The position numbers and the translations under genes were made by a program. A stretch of DNA of 42,400 nucleotides from a virus. Its lineage: Duplodnaviria; Caudoviricetes. The stretch lies in IMG/VR virus record IMGVR_UViG_3300023197_000064, positions 1 through 42,400 of that record. One strand, 5' to 3'. Of the stretch, positions 35,231-42,400 are shown in pieces (position 1 is the stretch's first letter; every line of letters begins with the position of its first letter). The notes below the pieces were generated by a model, which worked only from the letters and a program-made list of their open reading frames with translations, had not been told where the DNA came from and did not search any database.

Positions 35231-36269
35231 CCTGCTCAAGCTGATCCCCGATGGGATCGACGATGAGCGCGCCCGCCGCATGGTCCAGCTCCTCAAGCGG
35301 TGGGACGAGCTGCGCCTGGAAAACCTCCTGGTGTATCGCTGGGACCGCGCCGGCGAAGACGTGCTGCGCCAGCTCGCATGGCAGTTCCACGTCATGGGCT
35401 ACGAGGGGTGGGCGCTGGCCACGACCGAAAGCCAGCGCCGCGAGCTGGTCCGGCGGGCGATGGCGCTGCATCGGCGCAAGGGCACGCCCTGGGCGGTCAA
35501 GCACGCGCTGGGCGCGCTTGGCCTCGATGCCGAGACGGTCGAGTGGTTTCAGCCGGACAGCGATCTTGCCCCCTTCGAGTTCGGCGTGCGCGCGGTGATC
35601 ACGGCGCCCGTCTCGGAGGGTGTTCTGGTGGACGAGCGCACGTCCGAACTCGTGAGCGCGCTCATCGCCGAATACAAGAACGTGCGCTCCCATCTCGCGT
35701 GGACCGCGTTTTCCGTGCGGCTGGATGTCACCGTGCCGCCCGCCAGGGCCGCCGGGCGGTGTGCCGTCCGCCGCAGCGTGCGGGCGCCCGTCGAGATCCT
35801 GCCGGTGTTCGACCGCGTCGCTGCCGATGCGCGCGCCCTGGATGCGCGGCCGATCGGCCAGCGTCTTGCCGTGCGATCCAGGGCCTCGGCCGCCGTCCAG
35901 CTCGGCGGCGCGATGCGGATGGATCGTCGCTTCGCTGATGGCGCCGCGCCCGACGGCGCGCCGCTCGATGTGCTGCTGCCGTATCGCGAGGGCGAGAGGG
36001 TGCCGCCGGCGGAGCTGGCTTGGTCGCGCGCCCGGATCAGCGCGGCCGGGCGTGTGCGCCGCGCGTCCGCCGGTGCAAGCCGAACCGCACGCCGGTCGGT
36101 ATCCATCGCCAGCAGCGTCGCGGCGAGCCCGCGGATCGCAACCAGGTCCCGCGCTTTCGCCGCCGTGCCGCCGGCCCGCCGTGGCCATCTCGACCTCTAC
36201 CCCCGCTTCGATTTCGTGGGCGCGGACCGCGTCCCGTTGGACACACCGATGGAGACCGTGAATGCCTGA
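35223..36269 (+). CDS. Tail protein I (P2 gpI-like) with extended C-terminus
   Basis: LRQLAWQFHV...ALHRRKGTPWAVKHAL...EWF...EYKNVRSHL. Confidence 0.85.
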   Translation: MDDLLKLIPDGIDDERARRMVQLLKRWDELRLENLLVYRWDRAGEDVLRQLAWQFHVMGYEGWALATTESQRRELVRRAMALHRRKGTPWAVKHALGALGLDAETVEWFQPDSDLAPFEFGVRAVITAPVSEGVLVDERTSELVSALIAEYKNVRSHLAWTAFSVRLDVTVPPARAAGRCAVRRSVRAPVEILPVFDRVAADARALDARPIGQRLAVRSRASAAVQLGGAMRMDRRFADGAAPDGAPLDVLLPYREGERVPPAELAWSRARISAAGRVRRASAGASRTARRSVSIASSVAASPRIATRSRAFAAVPPARRGHLDLYPRFDFVGADRVPLDTPMETVNA

Positions 36270-36672
36270 GCCGTGGAAGCAAGCACGCGTGCTGGGCGCG
36301 TATTACAGCCGGTTGGCCCGCGCCCTGCTTGGCGAGACCGCGTGCCCCGTGGCGCGGACGTTTCGGATCGCGCCTGGCTGGCTGGATGACACCAAGGATC
36401 CGCCGCAGCCCGTCGAGCCGCCATTCGACGCAAGCGCGCTGCCGGCCGACCCGGTCTTCAGCGGCACGGTGAGCGGATCGGCGTCCGACAAGAGCGCGCT
36501 GCTGACCTGCGTGGTGCCGGAGGGGGCGGTGTCCGCCCCGACGCGCGTCACGGCGATCGGCATCTACGATCAGAGCGACACGCTCATCGCCGCCGCGAGC
36601 TTCTTGCCGGAGTGGATCACCCCGGACAAGGAGTTCGAGAACCTCATCCACGTGACGTTCCCGGAGGAGTAA
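36262..36672 (+). CDS. Tail-collar/fibre-attachment-like protein
   Basis: AIGIYDQSDTLIAAASF resembles P2 fibre N-terminal/collar motifs; position after gpI. Confidence 0.6.
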   Translation: MPEPWKQARVLGAYYSRLARALLGETACPVARTFRIAPGWLDDTKDPPQPVEPPFDASALPADPVFSGTVSGSASDKSALLTCVVPEGAVSAPTRVTAIGIYDQSDTLIAAASFLPEWITPDKEFENLIHVTFPEE

Positions 36673-36675
36673 GCC

Positions 36676-37236
36676 GTGGCCCTGACCGCAGACGTCCAGT
36701 TCCGCGAGCAGTACGCCTCGCACGCTCTCAATCGGAAGCTCGCCGGCGTGACGGAGCCGGGGGTGTATTGGGGGTTCGAGGTTGCGCCGGCCGGCGGCAT
36801 GGCGGTGTCGATCGGGATCGGCGACGACCCGGATTATCCCTGGTCCGTGGCGGTGGTCGAGCGCGACGGCTTCTCGCTCACCTGCCGCATGGACACCGAA
36901 GAACAGCTCGACGTGCCGGAAGCCGGCAAGGGCTACGACGTCGTCCTGGAGGCCAGCTACGTGCTCGGACAGGAGACCGAGGCCCGGCTCAAGCTGACCC
37001 CGAGTGCGGCGGACCATCATGTGGTGCTGGCGCGCCTGGACGTGCCGGCCGACGCCACGGCGATCGCCGATGACATGATCGACACCAACGTGCGCCAGGT
37101 CGGTCACCCGGCGCACATGCTGATGCAGCTTCTCACCCAGATCACCACGCTCACCGAAGACCTGACCGACACGCGCGCCCGGCTGACCGCGCTGGAGGCG
37201 TGGGCGAAGGAAAACGGCTTTTCAACGGAGCTTTAA
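36676..37236 (+). CDS. Hypothetical tail-associated protein (186 aa)
   Basis: Co-oriented, GGAG RBS, LNRKLAGV..PGVYWGF, C-terminal coiled coil. Confidence 0.7.
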   Translation: MALTADVQFREQYASHALNRKLAGVTEPGVYWGFEVAPAGGMAVSIGIGDDPDYPWSVAVVERDGFSLTCRMDTEEQLDVPEAGKGYDVVLEASYVLGQETEARLKLTPSAADHHVVLARLDVPADATAIADDMIDTNVRQVGHPAHMLMQLLTQITTLTEDLTDTRARLTALEAWAKENGFSTEL

Positions 37237-37240
37237 CGCC

Positions 37241-40078
37241 ATGAGCATGTCGCAGCAGATCCTGGCGCAGCAGCAGGCGATCGAGGCGCTGCGCCAGCGC
37301 GTCGAGACGCTGTTGACCGCCTTCGGCGAGGAGGCGCTCGATACCGAAGAGATCAAGCAGCGCATCGACAACGCCACGCAGGACGCCATCGACCAGGTCA
37401 TGGCGGAGTTGGAAGGGCTCGACGTCTCCGACCTCAAGCAGCGCTCGGAGCTGCAGCGCAAGCTGCTCGGCCTCAAGAACGCGTATGCCGAGCCGCGGTT
37501 CTTCTTCGAGTTCTTCGACGACCTCTACGACGCGGCGGACACCATCGAGGTCGGCGGCGTGGAGACCGTGGCCGGCGACAACTCCGTGGATATCTCCGAT
37601 ACGAGCCGTCTGGTCGTGGGGCGTGAGTACGTCCTGGAGACCGATGCCAGCCAGGAAGTCGTGACGATCGCCGAGATCCTCTCGGCCACGCGCTTCACGG
37701 CCACGGCGAACCTCGGCGCGTCCATGACCGGGGCGACGCTGCGCCGGACGAACTGGTCGATCAGCGGCGGCCGCGCCACGGCGCAGGACGGGCAGGTCTA
37801 CTATTCGCTGCCGCTCTCGCTCGGTGGCGTCGCCGGCGACAAGGCGGTGGTGGTGCGCCGCCAGAACAACGACACCAAACTGAGGCTCTTCTACCGCCAG
37901 GACGGCGGCGCTTGGACCGAGGTGCCGTGGTCCTGGCAGCGCGACAGCGACAAAGGGCTGACGGACCTCGGCCTCGTCGGCCAGCAGGACGACACCGGAA
38001 ACATCGACGTCGAGTATCACCTGCCGGTGCAAGGCGCGTTCTCGCTCAAGCTGATGGCCGAAGGCGGCCAGGTCACGGTGCACCACATCGTCGGCCTGGA
38101 TCGCGCTACGGGGCTTGGCGGCACGCACCACGCCCCGCTGCAGCCGACGAACGACTCTCCGGCGGCCGGCGCCACCGGCCTGCCCGAGCAGCCGACCCTG
38201 GCGCTGGCGCAGTATCGCTCGCCGGTGGACAGCACCCAGGCCGGCCTGCAGGTCCAGGTGACGACAACGCCGGGCGATTACAGCTCGCCGCTTCACGACA
38301 GCGGAGGGATCGCGGCGGGGCTGTCCTACAAGCTCCCCGAGGGCGTGCTGTCGGAAGGCACGACCTATGGCTGGCGCGCGCGAGTGCAGGACAGCGAAGG
38401 TGCGTGGTCGCCGTGGTCGGCCGAGACGACGTTCGAGACCGACAGCACCTGGGAGTTCATCGTCGCGCCCAACAACCAGAACCCCCCGGCTGGGGCGACG
38501 GACATCCCCGCGCGGCCCACCCTCCGCACCAGCGCGTTCGACACGCAGGGCTTTCAGCCGATCGACCTGAACGATGGCAGCTCGGATCTGTGGACGCAGA
38601 GCGGCGCCACGACCGGGGAATACTATTACACCGGCAGCGCCGTGACGGTGAAGCCGAGCCGAGTGCTGGCCGCCGGCGCGGAGCTGAGCGAGGGGTCGGT
38701 CGGCAGCCTCGCCACGGGCGAATGGGCGTGGGCCGACAACGACAGCATCGGCAGCCCGACGATCTACGTGAAGATCTCCGCCGGTGATCCGGATGCGCAG
38801 ACTGCGGGGCACGTGCAAGCCGGCGAAAGCCACGCGGCGACGCAATGGCAGATCCGCATCGAAGGCGGGGATTACAGCTCGCCGACGTGGGACAGCGGCG
38901 ATGACACTCTGGATCTGACCGATAAGGTCGTGCCCGACGGCGTGCTGCAGGATAGCCAGACCACCTACTACTTCCGCGCGCGGCACAAGGGTGCAAACCT
39001 CGGCTACTCCGAGTGGTCGGCCGAGACGAAATTCACCACCAAGCAGCTCTTCGCGCAGCCGATCGGCCTGGCTCTGACATCCTCCGGTGGTGGCGGCGGA
39101 AGCTGGCAACAGGTGGACAAGGACGGCAACAACACCTCGCCCACGGCAAGCTACTTCGAGAACCACCCGGTGTTCGGCGGGATCAAGGACGTCGTCATCG
39201 ACGGCCAGGACATGGTCGAGATCCCGAAGTTCTACTACAAGGTCGGCGCCGCCCCCTCCGGATCGGATCAAGCTGGCAACAAGGTCTGGTGGATTTCCGA
39301 CGCGCCGCTGGACGGCTACGAGCCGCACCCGGCGTTCATGGACGGTGGTTCCGAGATCGACTGCTTCTACATCGGGAAGTATCAGGCGGTCGACGACCCG
39401 AACGCCAGCGGCACGAAGGCGGCCAGCCTGGCCGGCAACATGCCGCTGGTCAGCATCGACTTCCCGACCATGCAGGACCGCTGCGCGAACCGAAACAACG
39501 CCAGCGGCGTGGACGGCTTCATGCTGTGGTCGATCTACCAGCGGGCGGCCATCCAGATGCTGGCGATGATCGAAGTCGCGGGCGCCGACAGCCAGTCCCT
39601 CATCGGCCAGGGGCGCGTGAACCAGAGCAGCGCCGCGAACGTGGATGCCACGGACGTGGCGGAGGCGACATATCGCGGCATCGTCGGCCTGTGGGGCAAC
39701 GTCCGGCAGATGTGCGACGGCCTGCAGATCGACGGCAACCACGTCGTGAGCGTGTGGGACCGCAACGGCAACCAGACCTTTGTGGACACCGGCGTGACCA
39801 CCGTGCAGGGCAACGATGGCTGGCAGGTGTCCATGCACGACGAGACGGGCGCCGACTACGACCTGCGCGACATCTTCCTGCCGAAGAGCACGGACGGCAC
39901 CGAGAACAACGGGACCTTCGGCGACTACCTCTGGGCGTCGGATAGCGGCGAGACGAACGTCGCCTACCACGGCGGCCGCTGGGGCGATGGCTCGCGGGCG
40001 GGCCTCTTCGACCTGCACTGCAGCAGCGCCGCGTCGAATTCCAGCTCGGCTATCGGCGGTCGCCTCGCAAAGGTCTAA
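37241..40078 (+). CDS. Tail fibre/receptor-binding protein, DGR target 1 (coiled coil, two FN3-like repeats, C-terminal C-type-lectin-fold-like domain with VR)
   Basis: Last structural gene; YGWRARVQDSEGAWSPWS and YYFRARHKG...SEWS repeats; C-terminal GLWGNV...GG.W...GGRLA ending in VR1. Confidence 0.9.
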   Translation: MSMSQQILAQQQAIEALRQRVETLLTAFGEEALDTEEIKQRIDNATQDAIDQVMAELEGLDVSDLKQRSELQRKLLGLKNAYAEPRFFFEFFDDLYDAADTIEVGGVETVAGDNSVDISDTSRLVVGREYVLETDASQEVVTIAEILSATRFTATANLGASMTGATLRRTNWSISGGRATAQDGQVYYSLPLSLGGVAGDKAVVVRRQNNDTKLRLFYRQDGGAWTEVPWSWQRDSDKGLTDLGLVGQQDDTGNIDVEYHLPVQGAFSLKLMAEGGQVTVHHIVGLDRATGLGGTHHAPLQPTNDSPAAGATGLPEQPTLALAQYRSPVDSTQAGLQVQVTTTPGDYSSPLHDSGGIAAGLSYKLPEGVLSEGTTYGWRARVQDSEGAWSPWSAETTFETDSTWEFIVAPNNQNPPAGATDIPARPTLRTSAFDTQGFQPIDLNDGSSDLWTQSGATTGEYYYTGSAVTVKPSRVLAAGAELSEGSVGSLATGEWAWADNDSIGSPTIYVKISAGDPDAQTAGHVQAGESHAATQWQIRIEGGDYSSPTWDSGDDTLDLTDKVVPDGVLQDSQTTYYFRARHKGANLGYSEWSAETKFTTKQLFAQPIGLALTSSGGGGGSWQQVDKDGNNTSPTASYFENHPVFGGIKDVVIDGQDMVEIPKFYYKVGAAPSGSDQAGNKVWWISDAPLDGYEPHPAFMDGGSEIDCFYIGKYQAVDDPNASGTKAASLAGNMPLVSIDFPTMQDRCANRNNASGVDGFMLWSIYQRAAIQMLAMIEVAGADSQSLIGQGRVNQSSAANVDATDVAEATYRGIVGLWGNVRQMCDGLQIDGNHVVSVWDRNGNQTFVDTGVTTVQGNDGWQVSMHDETGADYDLRDIFLPKSTDGTENNGTFGDYLWASDSGETNVAYHGGRWGDGSRAGLFDLHCSSAASNSSSAIGGRLAKV
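39968..40070 (+). repeat. DGR variable region VR1
   Basis: 103 bp colinear with TR 40818-40920; 13 mismatches, all at TR adenines. Confidence 0.96.
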
Positions 40079-40087
40079 CGGCCACCT

Positions 40088-40126
40088 GAAACCTGTGTTC
40101 TGAAGGGCCGCGCGATAGCGCGGCCC
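40088..40126 (+). promoter_or_regulatory. VR1 downstream DGR cis element: GAAACCTGTGTTCTGA plus 9-bp hairpin with GATA loop
   Basis: GGGCCGCGC-GATA-GCGCGGCCC at 40105-40126. Confidence 0.85.
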
Positions 40127-40144
40127 AATCCCACGGAGGAAGCC

Positions 40145-40429
40145 ATGAAGATCGGCCAGACGATCGAATGGGGCGCGATCGAAAGCCTCGGCCTTCCGGC
40201 CTTCGAGCACTCGCTGCCCGACGGCAGCGTGCGTCGCGAGATCCGGGTCTATCGCGTGCCCGAAGTCGTGGACGCCAGCCGCTACGTCGTCACGGACACC
40301 GAGGCCGGCGGCGTGGAAGAGGTGCCGTACAGCCGGGTGCGGGAGACGGACCTGCTGGTGCACTTCACGCTGCAGCCCGACGGCGAGGCGCTCCTCGTCA
40401 GCGCGCGCGAGGAGGTGCGGCGGGCGTAA
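40145..40429 (+). CDS. Hypothetical protein (94 aa) between DGR target and avd
   Basis: GGAGG RBS, GC-rich codons, stop abuts the avd ATG. Confidence 0.7.
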   Translation: MKIGQTIEWGAIESLGLPAFEHSLPDGSVRREIRVYRVPEVVDASRYVVTDTEAGGVEEVPYSRVRETDLLVHFTLQPDGEALLVSAREEVRRA

Positions 40430-40819
40430 ATGTCAACGCTCGACGGGTTCCGGATCCTGGCGAAATTGGAAGAGCTGGATGTGTACAGCCACCAAGCCTC
40501 CCTACAATTCCCGCGGTACGAGCGGCACGTGCTGTGCGCCGACATCCGGCGAAGCTGCAACGAACTCATGCGTCTCGCCGTCCGCGCGGCTAAGCGCTAC
40601 CACAAGAAGACGACCCTTCAGGATCTCGACATCGAGGTCGAGGTTCTGCGGACCTTGGTCCGCAAAGCCCATCGCATGCAGTACATCAACCACCGCCGCT
40701 ACGAGATCTGGTCGCGCGAGATCGACGAGGTGGGGCGCATGGTGGGCGGCTGGATCAGGTCGCAAGCGAACGGCGCGGGTGCGCGATCGGGCGCCCGCGG
40801 CTCGGGCGATGGCCAATAA
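40430..40819 (+). CDS. avd: DGR accessory variability determinant (Avd, four-helix bundle)
   Basis: QFPRYERHVLCADIR...KKTTLQDLDIEVEVLRTLVR...YEIWSREIDEVGRMVGGWIRS; directly upstream of TR. Confidence 0.92.
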   Translation: MSTLDGFRILAKLEELDVYSHQASLQFPRYERHVLCADIRRSCNELMRLAVRAAKRYHKKTTLQDLDIEVEVLRTLVRKAHRMQYINHRRYEIWSREIDEVGRMVGGWIRSQANGAGARSGARGSGDGQ

Positions 40820-40921
40820 CGGCGGCAACTGGAGCAATGGCTCGCAGGCGGGCCTCTTCAACCTGAACTGCAACAACACCGCGTCGAATTCCAGCTCGAA
40901 TATCGGCGGTCGCCTCGCAAG
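40818..40921 (+). repeat. DGR template repeat (TR)
   Basis: Adenine-rich copy (9 AAY triplets in the target frame) of both VRs, between avd and RT. Confidence 0.96.
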
Positions 40922-41095
40922 CGGAACAGGCCAGAAGGCGTCGGCTCACGGGCCGGCGTCCAGCGCCTTTCATCTTGGGGCTGTCGTCCGCGCCATGGCT
41001 GCACGCGCGAGGCTATGGCGAAAGATCAACCGGGGGCCGCGGCAAGTAGCTTGCGCGGCGAACGTTGCGGCCCCTTCTTTTCTCCGCGGAGGCGC
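40921..41095 (+). ncRNA. Structured TR-RT spacer (3' part of the DGR RNA)
   Basis: Stems AAGGCG/CGCCTT (40935/40964), CGCCATGGC/GCTATGGCG (40991/41012), GGGGCCGC/GCGGCCCC (41033/41067); same position as the BPP-1 Sp region. Confidence 0.5.
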
Positions 41096-42147
41096 ATGAT
41101 GCCGCGCCGCCTCAAGAATGTGTGGCCTGACATCGCCAACTTCCTGAACCTCTACGAGGCATACCGGGATGCCCGTCGCGGGAAGCGGTACACGGATGCG
41201 TGCCTGAAGTTCTCATGGGCGCTGGAGAGCCGCCTTTTTGACCTCGAAGGCCGTTTGGTCAACGAGGTGTGGCAGCCCGGCCGGCCCTACGAGTTCAAGG
41301 TGTTGGAGCCGAAGCCCCGTTACATCCAAGCGCCGCCGTTCGCCGATCGCGTCGTGCACCAGCCTTGGTGCGTCAGATCGAGCCGGCGTTCGAGCGCCGC
41401 TTCATCCGCGACAGCTACGCTTGTCGGCGCGATGCCGGGACGCACGCAGCGGTCGATCGTCTTCAGTATTTCCTGCGGCGAGCCCAAGCCCGTTGGGGCG
41501 ATCCGTGGGTGCTGAAGGCGGACATCAGCAAATACTTTCCGTCGGTGAACCACGAGCGCCTGCTGAGCCTGTTGGGCAGGGTGATCGGAGACCGTCGGGT
41601 CATGGATCTGGCGCAGCGGATCTTGAAGGGGTACGGGCACGACACTGGCGTCGGCATGCCGCTCGGCGCGCTCACCAGCCAGCTATTCGCGAACGTCTAC
41701 CTAGACCGGCTCGACCACCATGTGAAAGAAGACATGGGGGTGGGGTTCTACCTGCGGTACATGGATGACTTCGTGGTGGTTGGTCCCGACAAGCGGACGC
41801 TGTGGGCTATCCACGACGACATCGCGGACTTCTTGGCGACGGATCTGCGCCTTCGGCTGAACCACAAGACCGACGTCCATCCGGCTCGCCACGGGGTGGA
41901 TTTCTGCGGCTACCGCACGTGGGCAACCCATCGGCTCCCGCGCAAGAAGACGGTGAAGAAGGCGCGTCGCCGCTTCCGCGAGTTGGCCGCGCTCTATCAC
42001 GCCGGGCAGATCAGCTCGGCCGATGTCCGCCCCTACGTCGCGAGCTTCCTTGGGTACACGAAGCACTGCAACGCGCACCGGACCGTCGAAGGGCTGCTGA
42101 ACGACTTCGTGCTGCGGCCTGGTTCGGTGGATTCGGCGGCGACGTAA
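41096..42147 (+). pseudogene. DGR reverse transcriptase with a 1-bp frameshift at ~41363 (real lesion or sequencing error)
   Basis: First frame: NLYEAYRDARRGK...EPKPRYIQAPPFADRVVHQ; other frame: ALVRQIEP...SYACR...VLKADISKYF...GMPLGALTSQLFANVYL...RYMDDF...GVDFCGY. Adding one G (CAG GCC) restores ~350 aa. Confidence 0.92.
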
Positions 42148-42214
42148 CGGCCGGCATCGTTGGCCCCGCGCTGGGGCGCTCTTTGACATCGTTCACCACG
42201 CCGCGCGCGGCTTC

Positions 42215-42257
42215 AAAGCCATGTGGCGTTGTCTTTAAAACCACGTGGCGCGCTACA
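42215..42257 (+). repeat. Right end (attR-like): two transposase-binding motifs and terminal CA
   Basis: AAAGCCATGTGGCG (42215-42228) and AAAACCACGTGGCG (42237-42250), 22 bp apart, then CGCTACA; inverted match to the left end. Confidence 0.8.
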
Positions 42258-42400
42258 GGACATTCGCCAGCGTATCGACCCCCGTGGCTTGCACGACGTC
42301 GCGCGGGTGTTCGTCGTCCGGACGGGGCTGTGCATCGGTCGTGTCCGGTTCCGGGGGCGCTGCGGCCTCTGACGCTTCGGCGTCGTCGGCCGGCGTCTCC
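42258..42400 (-). other. Host flank; possible acidic host ORF running into the prophage right end
   Basis: Minus strand reads ETPADDAEASEAAAPPEPDTTDAQPRPDDEHPRDVVQATGVDTLANV and meets a TAG just inside the phage end. Confidence 0.3.

Larger units (their letters stand above)
253..42257. mobile_element. Mu-like transposable prophage (Mu-type replication and head, P2-type contractile tail, DGR at right end)
   Basis: MuA/MuB/Ner/GemA/Mor plus a complete head-tail gene set in Mu order; left end TGTgcccCGCCACATGGT (253) matches the reverse complement of the right end ACCACGTGGCGcgctACA (42257). Confidence 0.93.

Noticed and set aside
37151-40363. Long antisense ORFs (1070 aa here; also 23791..26121, 5260..7074, 16419..18182, 19325..21070)
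   Set aside because: Shadow frames of GC-rich sense genes with no recognisable motifs.
40809-41099. Open frame through TR (MANNGGNWSNGSQAG...; part of ORF 40479..41099) as a third target gene
   Set aside because: It is the template repeat read in the target frame; it has no lectin-like domain upstream and no downstream motif or hairpin.
41357-41370. Programmed ribosomal frameshift in the RT
   Set aside because: No X XXY YYZ slippery sequence at the junction; a 1-bp deletion is simpler.
41096-42147. RT as a group II intron, retron or Abi RT
   Set aside because: Short (~350 aa), has the SQ motif, and sits beside avd and a TR with A-specific VR mismatches; no maturase/endonuclease extension seen.
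42163-42184. Terminator after RT (GCCCC-N5-GGGGC...CTTT)
   Set aside because: Only a 5-bp stem and a weak U-tract.
1-42400. tRNA, rRNA, gin invertase, mom/com or a DNA methyltransferase
   Set aside because: None recognisable by eye; nearly all the space is accounted for by the listed genes.

Overview
Almost the whole window (about 253..42257, ~42.0 kb) is one apparently complete Mu-like transposable prophage in a high-GC host, probably an alphaproteobacterium (it carries a DUF2312/GapR-family gene). It has TG...CA ends with matching terminal motifs. Gene order: S24/HTH repressor, divergent Ner, MuA-like DDE transposase, MuB-like ATPase, early accessory genes (Gam-like, GapR-like, GemA, Mor), lysis cassette, Mu-type head genes (gp26/27, TerL, portal, MuF, protease/scaffold, capsid), then a P2-type contractile tail and baseplate with PAAR. 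Where Mu has Gin/mom, the right end carries a diversity-generating retroelement (DGR): a tail-fibre target with VR1, a small ORF, avd, TR and an RT with a 1-bp frameshift. The main finding is a second DGR target about 30 kb away in the early operon (9568..10686). Its VR differs from the same TR only at adenines, and it carries its own identically spaced downstream motif and GATA-loop hairpin with compensatory stem changes. Other notable signals: four copies of a palindromic candidate Mor/C late-promoter site, an XRE HTH inserted in the prohead protease/scaffold, two tandem antisense promoter+RBS cassettes in the early region, a dispersed TTNAA-N6-TTNAA motif, and no target-site duplication at the ends. 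All family assignments come from motif recognition and synteny, not database searches.
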